Notes: generated by a model from the sequence alone, not told the origin. A DNA stretch of 60,629 bases from Gemmatimonadaceae bacterium (GCA_035701245.1 DASSNV010000169.1:1-60629); one strand, 5' to 3'; shown: positions 46,577-55,690, counted from the first letter of the stretch. Program-made: numbers and translations.

Positions 46577-47448
46577 CGCAGCCACGACTCGAGCGCCGTG
46601 GCGGCGTCGGTTTTTTCGTCGCGGTATTTCACGATCACCGGGGTCTGCAGCGAGATGCCCTGGCTCTGCGCCCAGTCGGCTTTTACCGCTCGTGCGCCCG
46701 GGACTACCACCGCGCCTTCGGGGATCACGAGTGGCTTGTCCTCGGTGGCGCGGTGCACGGTCTCGCGGGGCAGATCGAAGACCGGGGTGCCGCGTGTCAG
46801 CACGACCCCGGCGCCGATGACGGCGCCTTTGCGCACCACGGTGCCTTCGTAAATCCCGCAGTTGCCACCGACCACAACGTCGTCCTCGACCACCACCGGC
46901 GACGCGTTCACTGGCTCCAGCACTCCGCCCAGCTGCGCGGCAGCGCTCAGATGCACGCGCTCGCCGACCTGCGCGCACGATCCGACCAGCGCGTGCGAAT
47001 CTATCATCGAACCGGTCTCAACACGCGCGCCGACGTTGATGTACATCGGCGGCATGCAAACCACACCGCGCGCGACGTAGGCGCCGCGACGGATGCTCGA
47101 TCCACCCGGCACGACCCGCACGCCGTCGGCGAGAGTCAACTGCCGTGGCGGATACGTGTCCTTGTCGAAGAACGAGAGCGTGACGCGGTCCCCCCTCCCC
47201 GATTCCATCGACATGTCAACGATCTCGCCGACGCGGAAGCCGAGCAGGATCCCACGCTTCACCCACGCCACCGCGTTCCATTCTCCCGACACCGGATCCT
47301 TTGCGGCGGCGCGAACCTCTCCGGCCTCGAGCGCGTCAAGCAGACGTCGCACGATTCCCCGCACTTCCTCGGGCAACGCGCCGGCTGGCGTCGTGGCAGA
47401 AAGACTTTCGATGCTTCGCTTGATTTCGGCGATGCCGGTTGCGCTCAC
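46573..47448 (-). CDS. dapD: Tetrahydrodipicolinate N-succinyltransferase
   Basis: WVKRGILLGFR, RVVPGG, hexapeptide repeats, GSCAQVG, GGVLEP; GTG start 47448. Confidence 0.93.
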   Translation of the reverse strand: MSATGIAEIKRSIESLSATTPAGALPEEVRGIVRRLLDALEAGEVRAAAKDPVSGEWNAVAWVKRGILLGFRVGEIVDMSMESGRGDRVTLSFFDKDTYPPRQLTLADGVRVVPGGSSIRRGAYVARGVVCMPPMYINVGARVETGSMIDSHALVGSCAQVGERVHLSAAAQLGGVLEPVNASPVVVEDDVVVGGNCGIYEGTVVRKGAVIGAGVVLTRGTPVFDLPRETVHRATEDKPLVIPEGAVVVPGARAVKADWAQSQGISLQTPVIVKYRDEKTDAATALESWLR

Positions 47449-48338
47449 GCAGCCAGCGCTCCGACCGACACCAGCGCAGCGCGCACCGTCGGCTCGAACT
47501 TCTGCGCCAGAGGAACGAGCGGCAGGCGCAGCGAGTTCGCCATGCGACCCATCATTGCCAACGCCGCCTTGACCGGAATCGGATTGGACTCGACGAAAGC
47601 AGCGATGGTTAGCTCCCCCAACCTGTGGTTCACCTCGCGCGCGCCGGCAAAATCTCCCTTTGCGCACAGCTCGGTGAGCTGGGCGACGACAGCGGGCGCG
47701 ACGTTGGATGTGACCGACACGACTCCATCGCCTCCATCCGCCATTATGTGGAGAGTCATTGGATCGTCGCCAGACAAAACCGAGAAGCTGGCCGGTCGAT
47801 GCCGGATGATCTCCCCGATCTGCGCCAGGTTTCCCGAAGCTTCTTTGACCGCCACGATGTTCGGATGCTCCGCGAGCTCCAGGGTCGTCGCCGCCTCGAT
47901 GTTGCTCGCCGTACGCCCCGGCACGTTGTAAACGACGATTGGTATCCTGACTGCGTCGGCGATGGCGCGGAAATGGGCGACGATCCCGCGCTGGGGCGGC
48001 TTGTTGTACATCGGCGAGGCGTGCAGGAGGTGCGTCGCACCCATCGCCTCGACCTCCCGCGAAAGCGCGATCGCTTTCTTCGTATCGTTGGAAGCGGCGC
48101 CGGCGACGACCGGAACGCGGCCGGCTGTCTGCTCCACGGTGATCTCGACGACCCGACAGTGCTCGGCGATGCTCATCGTCGCTGCTTCGCCCGTCGATCC
48201 GCACGGCACGACGAAGTGCACTCCACTTGCGATCTGCCAATCCACGAACGCGCGCAGCGAGCGCTCGTCGATCTCGCCCTGCGGCGTAAACGGTGTAACC
48301 AGCGCGGTTCCGCATCCGGCGAGACGCTCTCTGTTCAT
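47445..48338 (-). CDS. dapA: 4-hydroxy-tetrahydrodipicolinate synthase
   Basis: TALVTPF, GSTGE, YNVPGRT, KEASG, ESNPIPVK. Confidence 0.97.
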   Translation of the reverse strand: MNRERLAGCGTALVTPFTPQGEIDERSLRAFVDWQIASGVHFVVPCGSTGEAATMSIAEHCRVVEITVEQTAGRVPVVAGAASNDTKKAIALSREVEAMGATHLLHASPMYNKPPQRGIVAHFRAIADAVRIPIVVYNVPGRTASNIEAATTLELAEHPNIVAVKEASGNLAQIGEIIRHRPASFSVLSGDDPMTLHIMADGGDGVVSVTSNVAPAVVAQLTELCAKGDFAGAREVNHRLGELTIAAFVESNPIPVKAALAMMGRMANSLRLPLVPLAQKFEPTVRAALVSVGALAA

Positions 48339-48375
48339 TCTGTAAATGTATGCGGCGCCGGCGGAGAGGGCGAAG

Positions 48376-49083
48376 CTATTTGCGCTGCGGAAGCTCGAGC
48401 ACGTCGCGCATTGTGAAAACGCCCTTCCGCCCCACCAGCCAGTCGGCGGCCTTCAGCGCGCCCTCGGCGAACACCCGGCGGTCGCGCGCGAGGTGGGTCA
48501 GCGATATCTGCTCGAAAAGGCCGTCGAAGAGCAGCTCGTGGGTGCCCGGCACCGCGCCCGCCCGCACGCTCGTGATCGGAATCGGCCGGTCCAGTGCATC
48601 GCTCGCGGCCTTGCCGATCGCGAGTGCTGTTCCCGACGGCGCGTCCTTCTTCTGAGTGTGGTGCGTCTCGACGATGTGCGCGTCGAAGTCGTCGAGGGTT
48701 CGCATCAACGTGCCCGCATACCTCGCCAGCTCGATCATCACGTTGACTCCGAGCGAGAAGTTCGGAGACCAGAGCATCGCCGAGCCCGATTGCGATGCAA
48801 CGCGCGTCACATCGGCAAGCGACTCGTACCAGCCCGTCGTGCCGACCACTACCGGGATGCCGGCGCGCAGCGTGCTGGTGATGTTGGCGACCGCGGCATC
48901 GGGTTGACTGAACTCGACCGCGACCTCGGGATTCCCCAGCGCAGCGGCGGTGATTCCCGATCCCCGCGCGCTCTCTCGCTCGCCGATGAGCGCGGTGACC
49001 TTCCAGCCTTTCTCGATAGCCAGCGACCGGATCGCCTGACCCATTTTGCCATCGCCGATGATTGCCAGGCGCCGCGCGGTCAT
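48376..49083 (-). CDS. dapB: 4-hydroxy-tetrahydrodipicolinate reductase
   Basis: GDGKMG, VVGTTGW, PNFSLG, ETHHTQKKDAPSGTA. Confidence 0.96.
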   Translation of the reverse strand: MTARRLAIIGDGKMGQAIRSLAIEKGWKVTALIGERESARGSGITAAALGNPEVAVEFSQPDAAVANITSTLRAGIPVVVGTTGWYESLADVTRVASQSGSAMLWSPNFSLGVNVMIELARYAGTLMRTLDDFDAHIVETHHTQKKDAPSGTALAIGKAASDALDRPIPITSVRAGAVPGTHELLFDGLFEQISLTHLARDRRVFAEGALKAADWLVGRKGVFTMRDVLELPQRK

Positions 49084-50438
49084 CGTCCGCCTCCACTGAA
49101 GAAGGCCTGGTGAAGTCGCTCCATCGCCACGTTCAGCTGATCGCCATCGACGATCACCGTCAGATTTATGCCGGTCGCGCTGAGAGACATCATGTGAATC
49201 TTGATCCCGTCGAGCGCTCCAATTGCCTTCCCCATCGCAGCGCTGTCGTCACTGATCGCCGCGCCGACGACGGCAACGATTGCACGGTCGCGCTCAACCG
49301 ATACATCGCCGAGCTGCGAGAGCTCGACGACGAGCGACTCGAGCCCGGACGGATCATCCACAGTCACCGAAACCGAGATTTCCGACGTCGCGACGACATC
49401 GACCGAGATGCCGTTTCTCTCGAAGATCTCGAAAACGCGGCGCAGGAATCCCCGCGCGAACAGCATTTTTGCCGCTGCGACCTTGACGAGCGTAATTCCC
49501 GATTTCCCCGCGATCGCACTGACTGCGCGACGCGGCGCGTCGAAGGTAATGCGGGTCCCTGTGCCGTTCGGATTCCGCGAATTGTAGATGAAGACCGGAA
49601 TTCCGAGGCGCACCGCCGGTGCAATGGTGTTCGGGTGAAGCACCTTCGCGCCGAACGACGCCAGCTCCGACGCTTCGTCGAATCGGATCTGCGAGATGAG
49701 CCTCGAGCCTTTGACGACGCGGGGATCGGCGGTCAGCATTCCATCGACATCGGTCCAGATCTCGATCGCGTCGGCGTGGAGCGCCGCGCCCAGCAGCGAA
49801 GCGCTGTAATCCGAGCCGCCGCGCCCGAGGGTGGTCGTTATCCCGCGCGCCGTTCGGCCGATGAATCCGCCCATAACGGGGACTTTACCTTCACCAAGCA
49901 GCGGCTGCACGATTTCGCGCGCCCGCTCGGCGATGGCGTCGACCTGCGGCTCGGCGCTCATGAATGTGTCATCGGTGACGAAGACATCGCGCGCATCGAT
50001 GTGCTCCGCCGGAATCCCGCGCAGCGCAAAGAACGCGGCAACGAGGTGAGACGAGAGCTGCTCTCCGAATGCCGCGATTGCGTCGAAGCTGCGCGGCGTC
50101 GCGTGACCGAGCACCGACAACGCCTCGGCCAGGCTCGCGAGCTCGTCGAAGGTCGCGCTCATCTCTCCCGCGACCTCCGCCGCCTCCGCCGAAGTGCCGA
50201 GCAGCTTCTCACACTGCTGAAAGTGACGGTCGCGCAGTGACTCGACGCCGCGCAACGCGCCGATCAGGTGTCCCTTCGCCGACTGCTCCCCGATGGCGAG
50301 GAGCGAGTTGGTTGCTCCGCCAAGCGCCGAGACGACCACAGCCGGCTGTCTGTCCAGACGCCCTTTGACGATCGCGGCCGCGCGCTCGATCGCCTCGGCG
50401 TCTCCGACAGAGGTGCCGCCGAACTTGACGACGATCAC
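49080..50438 (-). CDS. lysC: Aspartokinase (LysC-type, two ACT domains)
   Basis: VVKFGGTSV, TTLGRGGSDYSA, IWTDVDG, GAKVLHP. Confidence 0.95.
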   Translation of the reverse strand: MIVVKFGGTSVGDAEAIERAAAIVKGRLDRQPAVVVSALGGATNSLLAIGEQSAKGHLIGALRGVESLRDRHFQQCEKLLGTSAEAAEVAGEMSATFDELASLAEALSVLGHATPRSFDAIAAFGEQLSSHLVAAFFALRGIPAEHIDARDVFVTDDTFMSAEPQVDAIAERAREIVQPLLGEGKVPVMGGFIGRTARGITTTLGRGGSDYSASLLGAALHADAIEIWTDVDGMLTADPRVVKGSRLISQIRFDEASELASFGAKVLHPNTIAPAVRLGIPVFIYNSRNPNGTGTRITFDAPRRAVSAIAGKSGITLVKVAAAKMLFARGFLRRVFEIFERNGISVDVVATSEISVSVTVDDPSGLESLVVELSQLGDVSVERDRAIVAVVGAAISDDSAAMGKAIGALDGIKIHMMSLSATGINLTVIVDGDQLNVAMERLHQAFFSGGGR

Positions 50439-51523
50439 ACGGAGTCGAAAGCGCCGGTGCTCGCGAGCAGCTCGGCGTTCAGCACCGACCCGCCCGCGGC
50501 GCCGCGCACGGTGTTGTGGCCGAGCGCTACCATGCGCAGATCGAGAATTGCATCACGACGGACTCGACCGACGGTCACGGTCATTCCATTCCCGGCGTTC
50601 ACATCGCGCTTGGCCTGGGGCCGATCGGGTGCGTCGGTAACGACGATCGGCTGCGGTGGTCGGGTCGGCAGGCCCTTGGTGGCGCTGTAGCCTTGCCACC
50701 CGCGCATCGTCTCGATCGCGGCTTCCGGCGTGGGAACATCGTCAAAGCCGATGGTCATGCAGATGGTGTGGCCGTGTTCGACGGGGACCCGATTGGTGTG
50801 TGCGCTGACTTTGAAGCCGGCGCTCGCGATTTCACCATCCTCGTACCGCCCGAGGAGCTTGAGCATCTCGCGCTCGAGCTTGGGCTCTTCGTCGGCGATG
50901 TACGGGATGACGTTGCCGAGAATGTCGAGCGAAGGCACACCCGGATACCCGGCGCCCGAGACCGCCTGCATCGTCGATAGAAAGAGCTGCTTGATGCCAA
51001 ACTTCTGGTGCAGCGGCGCGAGCGCGACCGCGGCGACCGTCGCCGAGCAGTTGGCGTTGGTGACGATTGCACCGTCCCACCCGCGCCGTTGCCGCTGACA
51101 GTCAATGAGGCCGAGATGATCGCCGTTAACCTCGGGAATGACGAGCGGAACGTCCGGCTCCATGCGGTAGTTCTTGGCGTTGCTCAGCACGAATCTTCCC
51201 GCCTTCGCGAACGCCATTTCCACCTCGCCCGCGGCGGTAGCATCGAGCGCCGAGAAGACGATCGGTGCTTTCACGACGCCCGGATCGCACGCGATGACCC
51301 GCATCGATTGCACCCGCGGCGGTGGCGGGTTGCCCTCGAGCCATCGCGTGATCTCGCCGTACTTGTGACCGGCCGAGCGTTCGGAAGCAGCGAGCTCGGC
51401 GATCTCGAACCACGGGTGGTCGGAGAGCAGGCGCACGAACATCTGCCCGACAGCGCCCGTCGCGCCGAGTACCGCGACCGGCCATTTCGTCTTGCGTTTT
51501 CCGGGAATTTGCAATGGCGTCAT
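50435..51523 (-). CDS. asd: Aspartate-semialdehyde dehydrogenase
   Basis: GATGAVGQ, PLVIPEVN, NANCS, QAVSGAG, RVPVEHGH, HNTVRGAAG; start ATG 51523. Confidence 0.96.
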   Translation of the reverse strand: MTPLQIPGKRKTKWPVAVLGATGAVGQMFVRLLSDHPWFEIAELAASERSAGHKYGEITRWLEGNPPPPRVQSMRVIACDPGVVKAPIVFSALDATAAGEVEMAFAKAGRFVLSNAKNYRMEPDVPLVIPEVNGDHLGLIDCQRQRRGWDGAIVTNANCSATVAAVALAPLHQKFGIKQLFLSTMQAVSGAGYPGVPSLDILGNVIPYIADEEPKLEREMLKLLGRYEDGEIASAGFKVSAHTNRVPVEHGHTICMTIGFDDVPTPEAAIETMRGWQGYSATKGLPTRPPQPIVVTDAPDRPQAKRDVNAGNGMTVTVGRVRRDAILDLRMVALGHNTVRGAAGGSVLNAELLASTGAFDSV

Positions 51524-52521
51524 CGTGCGAGCAGGGTTTTGGCGAGCTTCTCGTAGGTATCGACGCTGGCTCTCAGCTCCTCGACGTCGATGTACTCGTC
51601 CGGCGTGTGGGCGACGTGGATCGATCCTGGACCAAACAGCAAAGGCTCTCCCCAGCTCGAAAGCAGTGGGATGTCGGATGTGTAGGCGACGGGGACGGTC
51701 TCGAATCCGGGCACCGTCGCAAATCGCTGCGCGGGAATGTGCGAGCCGAACTCGACGTCGGCGTGACCACGAGCCCACTCGAGCACCATCTTCTTTATCG
51801 GCTCGACGTCACCGACCAGTCGAAACATTATCTCGGCCTCGGCGTGCGCAGGAATGATGTTGGCCTCGGTGCCGCCTTTGATCGTCCCGATGTTGACCGT
51901 GGTGTCGCCGAGCACGTCGTCGGAGGGGAGTGGCAGTTTTCGGAGCGTCGGAAGCAGATCGAGCATTGGCTCGATGGCGGAGCGGCCCAGCTGCGGGTAT
52001 GCCGAGTGGGCTTCGCGACCGCGAGTGCGAATCGTAGCCCGCAGCGATCCCTTCGCTCCGCTTGCCAGCTTGCTCTCAGTCGGCTCGCCGTTGATGAGAA
52101 AGCGGCTGGTACTGCGAAGGTTGTTTGCGGCGCGCGCGCCATCGGAGCCTTTCTCCTCGCCGACGACAAAAAGCAGGTCGACGCGCTTCTCACCGTCGCC
52201 CACCAGCCGGTTGGCCGCGACGAGCATCGCAGCGGCGATGCCCTTGGCGTCCGCGGCACCGCGCCCCAACAGTCTGCGGCCCTCGAGTCGCGGCGGGACG
52301 AAGGGAGGAACGGTATCGAGGTGGGTCGAAAACGCCACACCACCGCCTCCGCCGGAGCGCGATGCCCAGACGTTGGATCGACCGCGGGTCACCTCCTGAA
52401 GCGTGACGTTCCATCCGCGCGCGACGAGCCAGCGCGATACGAAATCCACGACGCTTCCTTCTGAACCCGTCGTCGATTGAATCGCCAGTAATTCAGCGGC
52501 CAGCGAGACGACATCAGTCAT
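51520..52521 (-). CDS. M20-family amidohydrolase (ArgE/DapE-like; probable DAP desuccinylase by context)
   Basis: STHLDTVP, GRGAADAKG, GEE, GEPT, AHSAYP, AHTPDE; first gene of the dap operon. Confidence 0.85.
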   Translation of the reverse strand: MTDVVSLAAELLAIQSTTGSEGSVVDFVSRWLVARGWNVTLQEVTRGRSNVWASRSGGGGGVAFSTHLDTVPPFVPPRLEGRRLLGRGAADAKGIAAAMLVAANRLVGDGEKRVDLLFVVGEEKGSDGARAANNLRSTSRFLINGEPTESKLASGAKGSLRATIRTRGREAHSAYPQLGRSAIEPMLDLLPTLRKLPLPSDDVLGDTTVNIGTIKGGTEANIIPAHAEAEIMFRLVGDVEPIKKMVLEWARGHADVEFGSHIPAQRFATVPGFETVPVAYTSDIPLLSSWGEPLLFGPGSIHVAHTPDEYIDVEELRASVDTYEKLAKTLLAR

Positions 52522-52527
52522 GCGCAG

Positions 52528-52557
52528 AAGTTAGCGTCACGTGCGCGACGGTGTCAG
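52528..52557 (-). promoter_or_regulatory. Probable leaderless promoter of the dap operon, CTGACA-N18-TAACTT
   Basis: -10 ends 6 nt before ATG 52521; no SD. Confidence 0.55.
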
Positions 52558-52590
52558 TGAGTCCGGACGACCGTCGAAAGGATGCAATCG

Positions 52591-53115
52591 TCAGGTTGTC
52601 GCGCTGACCCGCGTGAACGCCGATTGACGGGCGACACCGTCGACGCCCTGAACGCGCTCGACGAACATGTGCTGCAGAAGGCGGTTCGCTTCCCTCACGT
52701 ACGCATCGTGGTGGCGCTCACCGATGTCGCCGATCTCCTGGAGCGTGCGATTGCCCATCATTTTGCCGGCTTCGCGGAAGGTCTTGAAGCTGTCCTCCGA
52801 CTGGCGAGCCATCACCAGATCGCCGATGAGACGCTCGTAGTCGCTGTCCCGCGCGGCATCGGCGAGATCCCGGGCGACTCCGACTGCGGCACCCACCACG
52901 CGGTTCCCGAGGCCGCCAGCTCCGAGCAGCTGCGACTGGAATTCCTCCAGCATCCGCTGGTGCTCCTGCATGTGCGGAATGTGGCGCGAGCAGAGGTCGC
53001 TCAGGCGCGGATCGTCTGCCTGGGCTTCGTGGTCGATGAGAGAGCGAAGAAACGTTCCGTGCTGCACGACGGCGTTGTGGACCTGAGTTCTTAGGAAAGC
53101 GCTGCCGTGATCCAT
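52591..53115 (-). CDS. Hypothetical protein, possibly ferritin-like four-helix bundle
   Basis: GGAG SD; helical pattern with E/H pairs (MQEHQRML; GERHHD). Confidence 0.65.
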   Translation of the reverse strand: MDHGSAFLRTQVHNAVVQHGTFLRSLIDHEAQADDPRLSDLCSRHIPHMQEHQRMLEEFQSQLLGAGGLGNRVVGAAVGVARDLADAARDSDYERLIGDLVMARQSEDSFKTFREAGKMMGNRTLQEIGDIGERHHDAYVREANRLLQHMFVERVQGVDGVARQSAFTRVSATT

Positions 53116-53223
53116 GCTGGTCTCCGATTGCTGGTGAAACAGACACTATGCCTCGGGAAGAACGCCGTATCTCGACGCGCGCGTCCCCCTTCGCACAGAA
53201 GCGAAACTTGTGCCCGAAAAAGC

Positions 53224-53252
53224 TTGCGTCAGGCGTAGTAAACGGGTACTTT
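53224..53252 (+). promoter_or_regulatory. Probable promoter TTGCGT-N17-TACTTT of the Rad52/DdrA operon
   Basis: Consensus-like boxes, 17-nt spacer, in a divergent intergenic region. Confidence 0.45.
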
Positions 53253-53364
53253 TAGTGACCCGAATACGAGCCGAAGCGTCGGAGCGTAAGTGGCGGTACG
53301 AGAGGAGTTTACATTGCCACCCATAAGGAGGAGCCTCAACAGTAGGAGAAAGGGGGAAAAAGAG

Positions 53365-53577
53365 GTGAAGCGGAAGGTCCGTATCCAGCCGATGGAACCG
53401 ACTCGATTGTGCGGCAAAGACACGTCGGTTACTCAGCTCTACCATGTTGAGGAAACCCTCGACCACGGCCGGATCCACCACCTCGTTTTTTTCGACAAGC
53501 ACGGCTGGTATTGCGAGCACGGCAAACAGTGCAGTGCGGTTGGAGACGTGCAGAAATTCACCAGAAACAAACTTTAG
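53365..53577 (+). CDS. Small Cys/His-rich hypothetical protein (70 aa), possible Zn-binding
   Basis: Purine-rich SD region then GTG; LCG...WYCEHGKQC; ends 13 nt before the Rad52-family gene. Confidence 0.7.
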   Translation: MKRKVRIQPMEPTRLCGKDTSVTQLYHVEETLDHGRIHHLVFFDKHGWYCEHGKQCSAVGDVQKFTRNKL

Positions 53578-53590
53578 CGACTAACAACGG

Positions 53591-54391
53591 ATGGATGAGA
53601 GCATGATCGCAAGACAGGATGCCTACATTGAGAAGACTGACGTCTGGGCAAAGCTTTCCGCCCCCCTTCCCGCTGGTGTGATCTCCTGGCGACAAGACGG
53701 CAAAGTGACGGCGCGCGACGGAAAATATTTCGCGAGGTTCGTCGCCTACATCGAAGCGAACACGGTGCGTGAGAGACTGGACAACCTCGTCCCTGGCGAG
53801 TGGGACCTCACGCTGGAGCTATTGCCCGTCATCTCCGGCGAAGACGGAGACGGGTCGCAGTATTCGTTCAAGGCGCGGTTGCAGATCCTCGGCGTGATCC
53901 GCGAGGACGTCGGTACCGGCAAGGACTACAAGCAGGCTTCGACCGACGCGTTCAAGAGAGCCGCGGTGCGATTTGGAATCGCCAACGAGCTCTACGCCTA
54001 CGAGCAGAACTGGGTCGAGATGGACGGCGACGGCAAATACGCCAAACCGGTCGAGGACCCGCAGGCGGCCTACACCCGGCGATACGGCAAGCCGGGTCTG
54101 GTGGCCCCGCCGGCGACGGCGAATGGGGTCGCGGCCCCGGTGCCGGCGTCGATGCTGACCGACACCGAAATGGTGAGCTGCCCCAAGTGCGGCGGCCGGA
54201 TGTGGGATAACCGTCTTACCAAGCGGAATCCGCGCGCACCGGACTACAAGTGCCAGAACCGCTCGTGCGACGGCGTGATCTGGCCGGCCAAAGCCGCCGC
54301 CAGCGCGGCGAACCCGGACGCCAAGGACGAACATAGGCTGGCATCGAGCTCGGCGCTGGTAGGCACAACCGAAGAGGAGCTACCCTTCTAA
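53591..54391 (+). CDS. Rad52/Rad22-family single-strand annealing protein (DdrA-like) with C-terminal Zn ribbon
   Basis: LSAPLP...ISWR...AYIEANTVRERLD...KARLQILGVIREDVG...ASTDAFKRAAVRFGIANELY resembles Deinococcus DdrA; CPKC...MWDNR...PDYKCQNRSC. Confidence 0.88.
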   Translation: MDESMIARQDAYIEKTDVWAKLSAPLPAGVISWRQDGKVTARDGKYFARFVAYIEANTVRERLDNLVPGEWDLTLELLPVISGEDGDGSQYSFKARLQILGVIREDVGTGKDYKQASTDAFKRAAVRFGIANELYAYEQNWVEMDGDGKYAKPVEDPQAAYTRRYGKPGLVAPPATANGVAAPVPASMLTDTEMVSCPKCGGRMWDNRLTKRNPRAPDYKCQNRSCDGVIWPAKAAASAANPDAKDEHRLASSSALVGTTEEELPF

Positions 54392-54420
54392 TACTGACGT
54401 TGCCAACCGCAAGCTTTCGA

Positions 54421-54448
54421 AGGCGGGCAGAAATGCCCGCCTTTTTTT
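54421..54448 (+). terminator. Rho-independent terminator
   Basis: AGGCGGGCA-GAAA-TGCCCGCCT stem followed by a T-run. Confidence 0.88.
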
Positions 54449-54460
54449 CGGTGCGCCCCT

Positions 54461-55387
54461 TCACTTCCCCGATTGCTTTTTTGGAATGAGAAGCCGGGCG
54501 GCGAGCGGATCTACCGCCACTGAGATCCGGGACGACGGGAGCAGCTCGCCATCCGCCTGAGCGGGCATCGCCGGAGAAGTCTCGATCAGGAAATCGCGGC
54601 CGGATTTGTAGAACAGGCAGGGATCGGCTCTGAAATCCTTCCGCACCATTCGCCAGAGGATCCTCACCGAATCCCAGAATGTGTTGGGAGAGAAGACGCA
54701 GGCGTTGAGCAGACCATCGTCGTGGACGATTCCGTGGCCGAAGGAGACCAGATCGTTGAGAACGGCGCCGAAGTTCGCAACCAGCACGGCCGAGGCTGTG
54801 CGCTCGTAGAGGGCGCCGTCCACGGTGAGACGCAGAGAGAACTTCTTGTTCCGTATCACCGCTTTATAGCCACCGATGACGTACGCCATGAAGCCGAACC
54901 GTTTCTTGAGGCGCGCCGGTGCCTCGGCGATCATCGTAGCATCCAGGCCCACTCCGACGCCGATCGCGAAGCGGCGCCCATCGCCCAGCCGCCCAAGGTC
55001 GAGAGTTGCCTGATCCCCATCGAGCAGCAGCGGCACGGCGCGCCGCGGATTGAGCGGAATGCCGAGGGTCCGGGCGACGACATTGCCCGTGCCACCGGCC
55101 AGCACGCCGACTGGCGGGCCGCGATGCGCGAGCTCACCGAGCACCTCCATCACGGTTCCGTCACCGCCGAGCGTGAACACAGCATCGTACTTCTGAGCGT
55201 GCTCGGCGGTGAGGGTCGCGGCGTGCCCGGGCGCCGCGGTAAGCATGACGTCGCAAGCTACTCCCGCGTTCGAGAAGGCATCGATCGCCTTTTGCCGGAT
55301 GCGTGCGCCGCGCCGCGATGTCGGATTCACGACCAGCATCACCCGGGTGATGGCGTTCGGCCGGACGGGGGGTGCCTGGTCAGGCAT
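54461..55387 (-). CDS. YegS/BmrU/DgkB-family lipid kinase
   Basis: VVNPTS, GGDGTVMEV, GGTGNVVAR, DDGLL, QADGE; start ATG 55387. Confidence 0.9.
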   Translation of the reverse strand: MPDQAPPVRPNAITRVMLVVNPTSRRGARIRQKAIDAFSNAGVACDVMLTAAPGHAATLTAEHAQKYDAVFTLGGDGTVMEVLGELAHRGPPVGVLAGGTGNVVARTLGIPLNPRRAVPLLLDGDQATLDLGRLGDGRRFAIGVGVGLDATMIAEAPARLKKRFGFMAYVIGGYKAVIRNKKFSLRLTVDGALYERTASAVLVANFGAVLNDLVSFGHGIVHDDGLLNACVFSPNTFWDSVRILWRMVRKDFRADPCLFYKSGRDFLIETSPAMPAQADGELLPSSRISVAVDPLAARLLIPKKQSGK

Positions 55388-55421
55388 TCGTTGATTTGAT
55401 GCGCGGGGCCGGATTCGAAGG

Positions 55422-55664
55422 AACTGCAACTGAACGGGTGCGAGGTGTGAGAGAAGCATAGTGGCGAGTCGCCAGTTCACAACGTCGGGACGTCACCGTC
55501 GCGGCCCGGGGGACAATCAAGGCACGCCGCGAATGTGTCCACTGCTTAAGGAATTGCGCAGGTGATGAAATCGACCGCGGGCGCCGGCCTCACGTGAAAG
55601 TCGGCGCGGCAGTGAACTGCAAGCTTTCAGCTGTGCCACTGAAGACTCGCACCCGTTCCGTTGC
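55422..55664. repeat. Two-armed palindromic intergenic repeat, copy C (right arm degenerate)
   Basis: Left arm AACTGCAACTGAACGGGTGCGAG...GTTCACAACGTCGGGACGTCACC; right arm GTGAAC-N32-CACCCGTTCCGTTGC. Confidence 0.8.
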
Positions 55665-55690
55665 GGGCCCTGTACGCGCGGTACGGGGGT

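Noticed and set aside
53591-54391. Prophage remnant, since Rad52-like Sak proteins are often phage-borne
   Set aside because: No integrase, structural or other phage genes nearby; the gene has its own promoter and terminator.
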